Assembly (NCBI GenBank): GCA_965644295.1
Contig: CBFFRP010000423.1
Location: forward strand, 1-64,000
Direction of reading: 5' to 3'
Origin: Paraphysomonas bandaiensis
Taxonomy: Eukaryota > Protista > Chrysophyceae
DNA length: 64,000 nucleotides
The notes under the pieces are model-generated. The model saw only the letters and a list, made by a program, of their open reading frames with translations. It was not told the origin of the DNA and ran no database searches. The position numbers were made by a program, and so were the translations under genes. Shown piece after piece: positions 12,550-24,656 of the stretch. Position 1 is the stretch's first letter. The number at the start of each line of letters is the position of its first letter.

Positions 12550-14201
12550 TGCAAAACAATTTTCTCAGTGGGATGCAATGTAGTGTTATTTTTGTATGAT
12601 TACTTTTATGATATCTTGGTTATAAAAATGCGAAGCGGGTGCACTGGCTCTTTGTGCTTGTGTGCTTTCATGTGCTTATGAGCTGTCTATAGTGCGATGT
12701 TACACATATGAGAGCCGTATGCGTTATGTAACTAACAATTATAATATAGTTTAGAAGAAACAATTTCGTAATCCTCAGCAGAACTTAATGCATTTTACTA
12801 GTGAAGCTACTTAAATAATATCTATGACATAGTTCGATGCGTGGCTGAACAACCATAATTCAAAATTTATACTTTCAGATTCCACCATTCGTATTGCGAT
12901 ATGTTGGAAAACTGGCTTGTAGTATATGGCTTCAGGGTCAGGACGTAGTAACCGTTTATGGTCCATTAATATCAAAAAGGAAGCGCCAATGACGAACTAG
13001 ATAGTATAACATATAACTCATAATAGGTAGTGTTGTGCGGCAGTTGTGCCACTCTCACTTTTAGTAATCTGTACTGCACATCATCATTCGTCTCGCTCTC
13101 CACTGGTACCTGGCACATCAGGATCTTCTTTTAAATTACTTGGATTTTTGTGGCAAATCCATTAATTGTACATCTAATGTCGGCCAATTTATGGCAATAA
13201 ACGGTATATATCACAAGTATTGAATAGATGCATATATAATTCAAATTTTTGTGCGTTTCTGCAATCAACTAACAAATCTTACGATGAACATATCCTGACT
13301 CTTCAACCAGTTACTATTTTATGTACTCACAAGTGTAACCACATGGGACATACTGCAAGTCTAAGCCGTATCGTTTTGCCTCTCCAGCCCACAATGGAGA
13401 TCCTCTTGCAAAGTTAGGTAGGTCCCTTTGGTCCCATAAGTGAAATACAACGTATACGAGGGAGTATGTTCATATGTTAGAGTGAGATGTATCTATGAAG
13501 TACCTGTATAGTAACTGGTAGATGTTTCTTGCAACTTTTACTTAACACTTGCTCTTGTTTTATAGAACCAAGCTAATATTGTATGGAAAAGTTACTTTTG
13601 ATGATATCTCGAACACTCATTCTGACCTGCGGATATCTATATGTATATATATATATAGCGATGCCACGAGTGCGTTAATTGTTTGTGTGTGTATGGACAG
13701 CGTGGACAAACACGTATTCCCTCATATACACTGTATATCTCGTTTATGTAAGTATGTACCTAAATTTGATGCCTATAGATGTACGTATGGACCCTTCCAT
13801 CGTACTTGTACTTGTGTATGTATTTTCGAAACTTACGAATGTCTATGTGTACATATGGGATGATGTTCTCCCACTGTACATGTATGTATATAGCAGTGTG
13901 TGTGTATATGGATGGGACTGGTAGAGATATACGTACATGACTATAGGAGCCTGTATGGGTCTATATATACATATACAAGTCCATCATTCTCTCGTAATTA
14001 TAGAGTATATTAATGAATAAGTTCATTTGATATGCTAATATGGATTCACTGATTGCTTGATATCAGTGTGGTCCTTATAGACTCCTTTATATGTAGCTAC
14101 AATGACTGTGTATGTTAATTAGATTATATATATGGAACTAACGCTACAGCGATGTATTAATCCGTTATTTCACTAGAATACAGTGAAATCTAGCTTCCAG
14201 T

Positions 14202-17200
14202 ATGCTACCAGCTCCTGCTCCATGTAAAACAAACTCCTCTAATGCTTCATGGAGATCGATCTCATGGAATAGCTCGAAAGCTAAGTTTAAGAGATCGAAA
14301 TCGACAACAGACACTGCAGAGGGCGGCATTACAGGGAATGTATATAACTACAGGGCTGTAAAAGAATACAAGGCACAATCTTCTACGACTTTACAGGAAT
14401 GCATTCTAAATCGCATGTAAGATATCTTAATGATATAGACTCACTGTTGTTTGTGTTATATGCTGTATGTTAACATATTCTTGCTCCAATAAAACTGTGG
14501 TGATTGTGTTTGTACTACAGTCATCTCGGAAAATTTACTGAACACGTGTTTTGTGAAACTGTGTTTGCGAGTGTTCTGATTGCGGATATTTCTGGGTTCA
14601 CGAAATTGGCATCCACTTTGGAAGTGGAAGATCTAAAGAGACACATAAAGTAAGTATGGTTATGTACATTTAATTGTTTAAGACATATATCGGTATTTTG
14701 GTCAAAAATTTATAGATTTCGTTCGATTCTCATTGTTAACAATGTGCATGTAGTAATTTCTTTACCCTTCTCCTGGGTAATATCATTCGTAAACACAAAG
14801 GCGATGTTGTCAAATTCTGTGGAGATGCCGTCCTTATTATGTGGACAGCACCTCTAAATGCGGCCCCAATGGTACATAGGACTTGTGTTGAAAATTCTAC
14901 TGAATGTGGTCTAGATATGTTGGCTACGTGTGGGAGATATGACTCAGGAGAGAAAGACGCACCTGTCTCCTTGCGACTTCATTGTGGTATGAGTGCTGGA
15001 GAGTTACATTACATGTCCCTGGGATCGAATGAGCGAATGGAGTTTTTGATATCCGGCCCTCTATTGGCGGATATGGGTGTGGCTGCGAGTAATGCAAAAA
15101 CAGGAGAAATATGTGTTTCCCCGACCGCGTTTTCCTATTTATACAAGCAGTTTGAAGGTTTTACCACTCCCCATGGTAGTGTGAAAATTACGAAAAGGGT
15201 GAAAGCTGTCCAGCAGCAGGCGCCTACATGTTCTTCGTTTTTACGTAAAAAGCATGCGAAAATACACGTCGACACTTCTCCCGCCCTTGAGGATAAGCTA
15301 ACAGTTGACTATGCGAAAACAGATAATGCAATGCGTTCTGCGATAATGAATGCGCTTCCCATGGTTGCTCAACCAAAGGATTTTAAGATATCATTGGCGC
15401 GATATGTGCACGAAAGTGCCCGGCCTGCAATTGCCAATAAGACATCAGAGCATATCGCTGAGCTCCGTCTCGTAACAACAATGTTCATTCAATTGCACAA
15501 CCTTGATGATGACTTTAATACTGGACGAATTGATCGTCCACAACAAGCTATGTTAATAGTGCTTGACTCTATGAAGCGGCTTCAAGGGTCTCTACGCCAG
15601 TATGTAGTTGACGACAAAGGATGTGTGATGATTTGCTGTTTTGGTGTTCCCGGGTTCAGCACCCCCAATGATAGCGTGCGCGCAATCACGGCTGCGTTTG
15701 GTATTAGATCAAATCTGACTCAGTTCAATATCGAGTGCCGCATTGGAATTGCGCAGGGTACCGTTTTTTGTGGCTATGTCGGGTCATCATATCGCCACGA
15801 GTATTCAGTTATGGGCTCCAGTGTGAATTTGGCGGCTAGGCTAATGGGGAAGTGTGATGTATCTCAAATTTTGGTTGACAGCAATGTTCACTTTGACGCC
15901 CGGGATGAATTCGTGTTTGTGGCTCTTCCTAAAGTAAAAGCGAAGGGCTACGATGCGCCTGTAGCGGTTTTCTCACCTCTGAAGCACGTGATGGATAATA
16001 GTACTTTTGATGACATTCACCGACGTGTTAGTGTCGTGAAACAGCAGGAAATTGTTGGTCGTCGTCATGAACTGTCTCTATTGGGCAGTGCACTGAGAAA
16101 TTATTTGATATCAACTCGTGCGTCAATCAACCACGAGCTGTTTCACACTGAGGCGACTATGTCGATTACTGACTCTCCCTGCTCAAGATCTGTGAAGAAC
16201 AAGTTTGTCATAGTTGGAGGCCCAGGATATGGTGCGTGTTATGAATTTCGTCTTGTTGTGATAAGTGTGATTTTTTTGTTTTCGACGCATCTTATTAATG
16301 TTTATGCAGGCAAGACTGCTCTTATCAACGAATTAATTCGAAGTAATGCAGACCTACTCTTGAATGCCCCACGTTTGAACTGCCATCTTGCGAGCATGAT
16401 GGAGCCTTATGAAATGATCCGGCAGCTGTTCAAAGTGTCTCTAGGACATGATATATTACCCGTTGTTACAAGCAATAAGGGGATTGAGCACTCTATTTCA
16501 AACGACGACGGAGATTTCGAGCAGGAAAGCACTGGACCAGCTGTTAGCGAAGACTACGAGCAGAACCTGTTGGAAGATATGTATACCGCCATTGAAGCCC
16601 GAGTGAAAAAATACCTCTCGAATTTGAGTTTCGATTATGTGTCACACGAAGATGTGTGGGAGGGTGGGGCCAGCGTTGATCTAGGTGATGGGGGTGATAT
16701 TGAAGATGATGAGGCAGCGATATACTTTTGTCGCTCTGGCAGCTCTCGAGCTTCAAATACTCGATCCGGGACGTCAAATTCAGTTTTCCATGTGGTATCG
16801 AAATCACGAGATCCCTATCCTGATAGGTCGTCCGTTCTTAAGTCTGTCATAACATCTTCCGATGGCAATACTGTGTGCAAGCGGTGTAACTCAGTATCGC
16901 CGGATAGGTCACTGAGTCATTCTTTTAGTGATCAACTGAGTGCTGCGACCCCTGATGGAATTAATGTAGCCGCACAAACTAAAGTTTTTGGTATACTTGA
17001 TGTGTTGCCCCTCCTAAGGATTTGTCTAGGAACAAATATTCAACCATCTGAGGAATTGTTGTGTCAATTTACTACCTCAGGAAGAGAGGAAATGATATGT
17101 TCCTTGCTATCAGAGATATTGAAACACTTCATCTACACATCTAAAAGCAAGACGGTTATTGTAGAAGACCTACAGTGGTGTGATCCCGAGTCGTTTGATG

Positions 17201-19879
17201 CTATGCTTCACCTTTTAGCACAAATGGACGCTGGAATATTTTTAGGATCGATGAGACCTGTTGAGCAGTATAAGAATTCAAAGAATCGGTATGTTCGGGC
17301 TACCTCGTTTGAGGGGACTACTCAAGTCAATGGCGTCGACGACATCAGTCATATTTGCGATTTGATATCTCTCGGTACATTGACGCGTAATAATGTCCGC
17401 ACTCTAATCGAAATTACTCTGGGCTCATCACTCTTGGCGGATGAGCCCAACATCTTGTCAGATCAAAGCATTTCGAATATTCTTGCAAAGAGCAATGGCG
17501 GTGTGGCGGGGTTGGTTGTAGATCAAGTGAAGCAGTTTGAGGTCCGTGTGTCCAAAGCAAGATACGGTGCAAGTTCACCGTCCACTGGCAATCGAGATGG
17601 AATGCAACAATTTGATCGTTTATCTCATGAAAATAAAATTGTTTTGAAAATGGCCTCTGTGTGTGGAACTGGATTCACAGTCTTCATGCTGAATTTAACC
17701 CTAGACAAAATGGGTTATGGCAACATTGCGAGCCATCTCGAGAAATCTCTTGTGGAAATCGAGGAGAAGGGCATCATAAAGCGTGTATTTACAATGCCAG
17801 ATCGTGCGGACTCTACAGTGGGCATGTCGTACTTGTCCCGTGCTCGCAGTGCTAGCACACGGCGGATGGCTTCTCAGAATTCGGGGGCCACTTCGTCACG
17901 TGATTCCAAGGCAAAGTCATACACTTTTTTAGATAAAGCATTCCGAGAAAATGTTTATTCACTCATGTTGGAGGGTCAACGACAAGCAGTGCACGCGATT
18001 ATCGCTCGCAATCTGGCGGAAGCTTATGAATCCGCAGTCGACGATCAGCAAGTTGGTGATGCAGAGGCTCTAGCCTTTCATTTTTCCCGTGCTCGAAATC
18101 TAGAGAAAGAAATCAAATACACAGAGGAAGCGGCCATGAAGTCACATCAAGGCTTCTTAACCCTAACTGCTTATTGTCACTATCACCAACTCTTCAAACT
18201 GACAACTTGTCAACGAAGCGTAGACCAAGTGATTGAAGACTGTTGCCTCGATGTCGCTAATTCTCAAGGCGATCCGTTTTCAAGAGTATTTAAATCCCAT
18301 GACTTTGGACGAGTCACAGCCAACAATCGATATCTACCTGGAACAGATTTATCCAAATTGATCAGATCGAAATGCAGTCTTATTCCAACGTTTAAAATGT
18401 GCGTTTATGTCGCGCATATGAGCATACTGTCATATAAGTAAGTTTTTGCCTTCTGTGATACCTGACCTGTACTCATCGCGATGTTATTTTAGGTTAGGAG
18501 AGCTGACTCGCAGTCACAACCTATCTCGTCTTGCAAGTCATATTAAAGATGTGAATGCTTCAGTGATGAAGCTTCCTGTTAAACTGTCGTATAGAAATAC
18601 TGAAATGAAATGGCTATTTGGAAGCATGTTTTTTTATCAGGGCGATTTGTGTCTTATGAGGGGATTGTTGGGGGATGCAGAAATGTACTTCGCCAAATCT
18701 CTGGCGTTGATTCCCCAGTCTGACACTTATAGTTATGCACAAACCTGTTGTGGTATGGCCACTGTTTCTCTTTTTACTAAGGGCATGGCAGGCGCCCAAG
18801 AGTGGTACAAAAAGTTTAATGTCAAACTCATCAGAGATAGAAAAGATGTACGGTTTTCTTATGTGCACCTGCACCGTGGGGTATTAACTGCTACCACGGG
18901 GGATTTTCATGAAGCTGAGCAGTCATTTCTCCATGCTGCCACCCGCACCGTACTTCGCCAAGACGATAGCCCGTTGCGATTGCAAATCGAAAACATTCTG
19001 AGTTGGATGCATTTTGTTAGCGGACACCCACAGCTTGTACACGATAGATTGAAAATGTTGGCTGAGTATGACCTTATTCTTCAAAAAATTTGGTCTAACG
19101 AGCTGCTTATCGTGATCCACATAGTACGAGGACAATTTTTCGATGCATACCATTTGCTTAGTCGCTTGAAGCGGCTACAGAGAGGACACTATGGATTATG
19201 TTACTATTATGCACTATATGGATTTCTGTCCGTTTGCGAGAAAATATTTTTACACGATGACTTAGCTGAAAGGGAAAAATGCATTAATGCTGTTATATAT
19301 GCTGGTGACCAACTCATACTTCGATCGCAGTTGAGCCCTATTGGTTTTTTGTGCCTTTTCTTCGTTGCTTATTCATCACAGTCGATATTGTATCATGAAT
19401 CTTCGTCCAATGTGTCTCCCTCGGTCCCGTCCATTTTCAGACGGGGTGGAGGATGTGTACATCGTCTTCGGCGCGTTGCCAAAAAAACATTGCAACAATT
19501 TCGCAACCTTGTGAAGACTTTACCATTCCTGCAACCTTTAGAAGACGTCCTTCTTATGCAAGAATCGCGTGTAGCAAAGGTGCCAATGAAATCTTTTTCA
19601 GTTGATTACTTTCGTGAAAGTCCATATGATGAGAAGTACAAGCAATTTGTATTTGGACTTTTATTTTGGCATCTGGAGAAAGTAGAGTATATGAGGACGT
19701 TTGCGTTGCATATTCGTGCTGATGGGAGTGCAGAAGATGAGATCAGTGACAATTTAAAACAACGTGTGTACTTAAGTCAATATGGAGTACCAAGTCAGCA
19801 CCCACTGTTCCATAGCTTGAACGCATCACAGACATCTCATTGTGGTATAAGCGCCTCTACTACTAGAGAGAATATTTAA
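14202..19879 (+). CDS. Soluble adenylyl cyclase-like protein (ADCY10 architecture: two class III cyclase domains, P-loop NTPase, TPR-like tail)
   Basis: Exon ~14521-14649 gives ADISGFTKL. It is followed by GDVVKFCGDA, RQYVVDDKG, EYSVMGSSVNLAARLM, Walker A GGPGY|GKT across intron 16232-16309, Walker B VIVEDLQWCD and a helical repeat tail in 18446-19879. The start codon is uncertain. Confidence 0.85.
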
Positions 19880-20324
19880 GCAAATACTACATTATATGGT
19901 AGAGTTGATTTGATGTGTTTTGCTGCGAATGCTTTACACGATCATTGCATTTGCAGTTGTTTTTATTTAGACGAAAGAGAAGTTTGCCATACTAACTTTC
20001 TCGCAACTGTACAGATTTTTTCACTCTTATGTTATTAATTTCTCAATAAATGGTTGACTTCTTAGAGTATATCGTACATTAGTGTACGTTGTTATAATAA
20101 TGAGCACCATTTCTGTAATCCCCTTATATCACAATTGCAGTACATTATGAAAAACTGTGCCCAATTTCACGATCATGACTACTTTTCTGACGCCTGTTTA
20201 CCACTTGTCGTAAAGCCAGTTTAATATCATTCTGTTCTCTTGTTTCAATAAAAACAAGCACACTATCTTTTCAGTGATCTTAGGCTTCAAACCTAAGTTT
20301 TTTATAGTGTGGTAGTGTGTAGTA

Positions 20325-20415
20325 GTGAACAAATATGTGACTCGCACCTTTTCGTGGTGTTCTGGGGGATAAGTACCGGAGATATTTCTCCGGGAAACTA
20401 ACGTGAGTCGCATAT
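20325..20415 (+). ncRNA. Candidate HDV-like self-cleaving ribozyme (degenerate P1)
   Basis: P2 GACTCGC/GTGAGTC, P3 ACC/GGT closing a 7-nt loop TTTTCGT, a GG run, P4 CCGGAGA-TATT-TCTCCGG and a J4/2-like CTAA. A second copy lies at 37177-37246 on the minus strand. Confidence 0.4.
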
Positions 20416-20671
20416 ACAGTCAGCAGATATTGTTCTGCTCACTCATAGCCAAATGCTTGTGTGGTACAAGGGACACTAATGAGTGTCACTTGTGTAGACG
20501 TATAAACAGGCATCCGGGATGTTCATATTAAGGGTATGTGGGGTATTGAGCTAAGACTACTGAAGTCTAGCATCCGGGCTGTTCACCTTGAGGACTCAAA
20601 ACTTCTGAAGTTAGCAGATGTCAGGTATATCAACTCTCTACTAGCTCAATGCGTTTGATTTAAAAGCAATA

Positions 20672-21177
20672 TATATAAAGATCTGATTATTACATGAGAG
20701 AACTACTTTGTTTTTAGCTATCTACGACTTTAGACTAGTGGTATCAAAGTTGCTAAAAACTGAGTTGTCTCGGGACTGCTTGTGCATTGCTGCAAGCACC
20801 TTGGTGCAACCATCCCTTGTGTTGGGCTTAGTCCGGTGGTCTTCCTTTGGGTAATGTCTCTGCCGGTCCGGAGCCACTTGTGGACCGGGATGTGGAGGGT
20901 GGGATTTTGATTCGGGGGTGTGAGTCGGTGACAGAGGATCCGGGAGCTCCAGTCGTGTCTGGGTTTCGTTTGTAGGTGAGAGTCGTTTGTATCCGGGCCG
21001 GATTTGCAGGCCTGCGTTGTGATCGAGTTCGCGTAGGGGGCTTGGCTCTAGGGGTGGATGTTGCTTGGAGTAGTTGAAGGATTGCCGAGTTGGTGGTAGT
21101 GTGAGTGCGGTGTGGTTGTGAGGTTGTAGAAGTCGAGGGTTGTGTCAGTGGTGTTACCTGGATGTTGTGATGTCTGC
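20672..21177 (-). mobile_element. 5'-truncated LINE 3' fragment with 15-bp TSD
   Basis: Flanked by the exact direct repeat GATTTAAAAGCAATA (20657-20671 and 21178-21192). The minus-strand ORF ends PKGRPPD*, matching PKSRPPD at ~36370-36391, and is followed by the shared tail motif (GCTTGTG...CACC..GGTGCAACC). Confidence 0.75.
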
Positions 21178-21257
21178 GATTTAAAAGCAATAGAGCAAAA
21201 ATGGTTGCGCCTTGGTGGTGCTTGCAGTGACGCACAAACAGCTTTCAGAGCTCCAAA

Positions 21258-21398
21258 TAGTAGGATATCAGAGTTAAGCACTAGTTAGTTAACTTATTTT
21301 GCTACATTAGTTCTGACTCGTACACGCCAATTGCTAATAAGACATTCAATGTAGTAAAACAATTTAACTAACTAGTGCTTAACTCTGATATCCTACTA
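21258..21398. repeat. Perfect 35-bp inverted repeat with a 71-nt spacer
   Basis: TAGTAGGATATCAGAGTTAAGCACTAGTTAGTTAA (21258-21292) and its exact reverse complement (21364-21398). Confidence 0.9.
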
Positions 21399-22248
21399 CT
21401 TGCTTAACTAACTATATGAGAATATTATTTTACAAAACGCAAGTAGCAGGAGCAGCTGGTATATCGCAGTAAGCTATTTTAAAGACAACTATCAATTGTT
21501 GTAATTATATTTTATTTATTTTATCTTTACCCACTCCACTGAGATACAAATGACAATATATAGTCATTAAACGCCACAGTGACAGCCTACTAAACTTTCC
21601 GAACTTTCAAAAGGCTTGACATCTGATCATAAGACAAGCTAATATTTGATATTGGTATAAAAGGGGTGCCGTCAGCTTTAACTACAGGGGTGCCCCCAGT
21701 GTCATCTTTCTTAACTATATTATCATATTATATTCATATTTTATATCTACTGTGTCTTCATGTTTTAGGAACCTTAGCAGTAATAACCTACATCATGACG
21801 TATATGAATAGATATAAAATACTTAATATCTCCGAAATACGTATATTGAATTATCTCACAATTTTGCACACTAACATAGTAACCGTTTATGTACTAGCCA
21901 CGTTAGTAAATGGTGGATGCTTATCTAGCTTGACGAGTTCGTTCATCTAGCTACTCATCTGGTTCTGACTCTTGAACGCCTATTGTTAAATAAACAGACA
22001 TTTACTAAACTACTAGCCACGTACACATGTACACCGCTGCTCAATACTAAAATATATATTAAGTTTTATGGAAAATACTCTAATACATATCACACTCCAA
22101 AACTCATGAATAACTGTATATCAATTCAAGAATATTTGTGGATTTGTTGACAAAAATCCTTTTAAGTCTAATCAATACTGCCACATGCAGTCCATACAAT
22201 GTTATAATATCTATATACACTTAAATCTAATCAATCAAGCAATACAAA

Positions 22249-23808
22249 CTAAAAATAACGATGGTTCACCATACGATTGAACGACGGTTGCTGTTCTTCC
22301 TCTTCTAGATCTATAGGTAGAATGGTTTTTGGAATTACTCGAATGATACTTAGTTTCCTTTTGGGCTCATGATCACTAACACTCCTCTGCTTCTTCAACT
22401 TCAAAATCGACCCCGAATTTTGAGTTTTCACAACTTTGCTCGATGAACGTGACAGCTGCTTGCTGTTGAGACGGCTTATCTTCTTCTTCTTTACAGGTTG
22501 CTTTGAAAATGGAGATCTGGACCGCGTACACGACCCTTCATCCGTATCTTGGTCCAGTTGTTTTATGTCAGTATCGTTTTCATCTCCACTGTCATCCTCA
22601 TAATCAAAACTGTATGAGTCATCGTGAGGTACACTGTCACTGTTTTCTCCAATTGATGCCATACTTGTAGATTGGCTAATTCTGCGGGAAACTTTCTTAG
22701 ATATTACTCGTTTTGGTGCCACCATTGAGGATGTTTGGTCCACCTCAACAGCATTATAGAGTGATGTAGTGCTATACTCTGTCTCGTAGTTCACTGAATC
22801 TGCACGCTGTAGCATGGAAAATGTACCTTTACCGTATAGATCTTTCGCTATTGTGCTTAATCGACCAATAGATTTACGCCGACCTGCAATACCACCCACA
22901 TATCCCACATCAAGGGATTCATCAGGGACAATATCATCATACGCTCCGTGCTTCTTCTCAAGTTTCGTAGACGAAACGACATCATCAGCATTGATAGACT
23001 CACGCTGTGACTCTATCACCTTCTCCAAAGATGAAAGGTATATGTGAGCATCTCGCTTCTGGGCATGATGTTCAACCACCATGGATGATAAGTTCTTTTG
23101 TACCAGCATCGGCAGCGCGATTCGCCGTTTGCCAGCTGCTATCTCTCTCTTCATTTCACTTTGCATGTACGCACAGTCGATTTCTGATTGTCGTTGGGCC
23201 ATTTCATCTACTACAGTGATCATCATGTGTTTCCGACGTTCAATCGATAACTTCATTGCGGCTGACAGACCAGCATCAGAGCGTTGAGTAATATTCTGCA
23301 GTCGCGAAATCTTTGTCACATCACACAACTTATCATTCTCAAGAGCATGAAGAAACTCATGAAAGCCAATTTCACCGGATCCATCTGTATCAGCCATTCG
23401 AACTAATGCATCAACATCGATCTTAGATTTCAATATACCAGCAGATAATAATGGATCGAGTAGTTCCTCTTTACCCACTCCACCACTTTTATTAACATCT
23501 AAATCTTCAAACCATTTTCTTAAATGTCTGATATCATTTGTAGAGAATTTACTATTAATTCTTCGTCCATGTTTACCTGCCCATATCTCCCATTCATCAT
23601 GCTTAAGGTCTAGTTTATCCGTATCTACCGTACAGTCACCAAATAAATTCCGTTTCTTCCGTTTTTTTGTTTTAATTGTACGTGTAACAGCATTACGAAT
23701 AAATTCAAGATCATCATGTGCTTCTTTTCTTGGAGTATGTTTGTTTTTATTGTGTTTATTAGAGGGTTTACTATGTATATCTGGTAATATATATTTATGA
23801 CGTCCCAT
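22249..23808 (-). CDS. EF-hand calcium-binding protein with coiled-coil and low-complexity tail
   Basis: 519-aa ORF with EF-hand loops DVNKSGGVGKEE and DTDGSGEIGFHE. Confidence 0.8.
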   Translation of the reverse strand: MGRHKYILPDIHSKPSNKHNKNKHTPRKEAHDDLEFIRNAVTRTIKTKKRKKRNLFGDCTVDTDKLDLKHDEWEIWAGKHGRRINSKFSTNDIRHLRKWFEDLDVNKSGGVGKEELLDPLLSAGILKSKIDVDALVRMADTDGSGEIGFHEFLHALENDKLCDVTKISRLQNITQRSDAGLSAAMKLSIERRKHMMITVVDEMAQRQSEIDCAYMQSEMKREIAAGKRRIALPMLVQKNLSSMVVEHHAQKRDAHIYLSSLEKVIESQRESINADDVVSSTKLEKKHGAYDDIVPDESLDVGYVGGIAGRRKSIGRLSTIAKDLYGKGTFSMLQRADSVNYETEYSTTSLYNAVEVDQTSSMVAPKRVISKKVSRRISQSTSMASIGENSDSVPHDDSYSFDYEDDSGDENDTDIKQLDQDTDEGSCTRSRSPFSKQPVKKKKISRLNSKQLSRSSSKVVKTQNSGSILKLKKQRSVSDHEPKRKLSIIRVIPKTILPIDLEEEEQQPSFNRMVNHRYF

Positions 23809-24083
23809 AATTGATAGAGAGAGTAGATTAAGGTGTCATGATAGTAGAAGGAAGGGGGAGAATAGAGGGAAAGAGTGGATAGAGTGAAAGAGGGGTGTAT
23901 GGTTAATGAAGTCTGTTAATTGGTAATGTGGTTGTGTATGTATGTATGTCTGGATATGAGTTTCTTTAACATAGCTACAGGAATACTACTCTGTATACTG
24001 TATACAAGTGACTGTATATAGAGAGTTTATAACAGAAACCAGAGTTGTACGTTCGTACCAGTAAATACATACATATGTACAGG

Positions 24084-24393
24084 TACATACATACATACAT
24101 ACATACATACATACATACATACATACATACATACATACATACATACATACATACATACCTACATACATACATACATACATACATACATACATACATACAT
24201 ACATACATACATACATACATACCTACATACATACATACATACATACATACATACATACATACATACATACATACATACATACATACATACATACATACAT
24301 ACATACATACATACATACATACATACATACATACATACATACATACATACATACATACATACATACATACATACATACATACATACATACATA
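24084..24393. repeat. (TACA)n microsatellite, ~310 bp
   Basis: Near-perfect TACA run with two TACC interruptions. It generates the spurious MYVC/YIHT ORFs. Confidence 0.98.
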
Positions 24394-24656
24394 CTTTACT
24401 GTATTCATCTCCTATACAGGTGTATACACTAATTCAATGGCTAGAGATGTTATGTACATAAGAAGGGCTCTATTTAAGGCCACTCACACTGCTCACACCT
24501 CCCTATACAATCCACCGCACTTCACATACTATCACTTCATCTAACTTCACTTCTCAGTATATACATACCTCACCTACATACATACATACATACATACATA
24601 CACACACACTGAAGTATCTCATCATACAAACTACACACTCATAGTAAAAGATCATA

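Larger units (their letters stand above)
20325..21350 (+). mobile_element. SINE-like non-autonomous retroelement (structured 5' head plus LINE-like 3' tail), interrupted by a LINE fragment
   Basis: Blocks 20339-20430 and 20430-20520 are reverse complements of 37155-37246 and ~36010-36121. The tail at 21200-21350 ends TAATAAGACATTCAAT, as in the other tail copies. Confidence 0.7.

Noticed and set aside
12600-14150. Short ORFs between SPAG6 and the cyclase
   Set aside because: Dominated by TATG/TA low-complexity sequence, with no protein signal I can support.
23975-24461. ORFs of MYVC / YIHT repeats
   Set aside because: They are translations of the (TACA)n microsatellite, not genes. The array is not CRISPR-like either, since it has no spacers.
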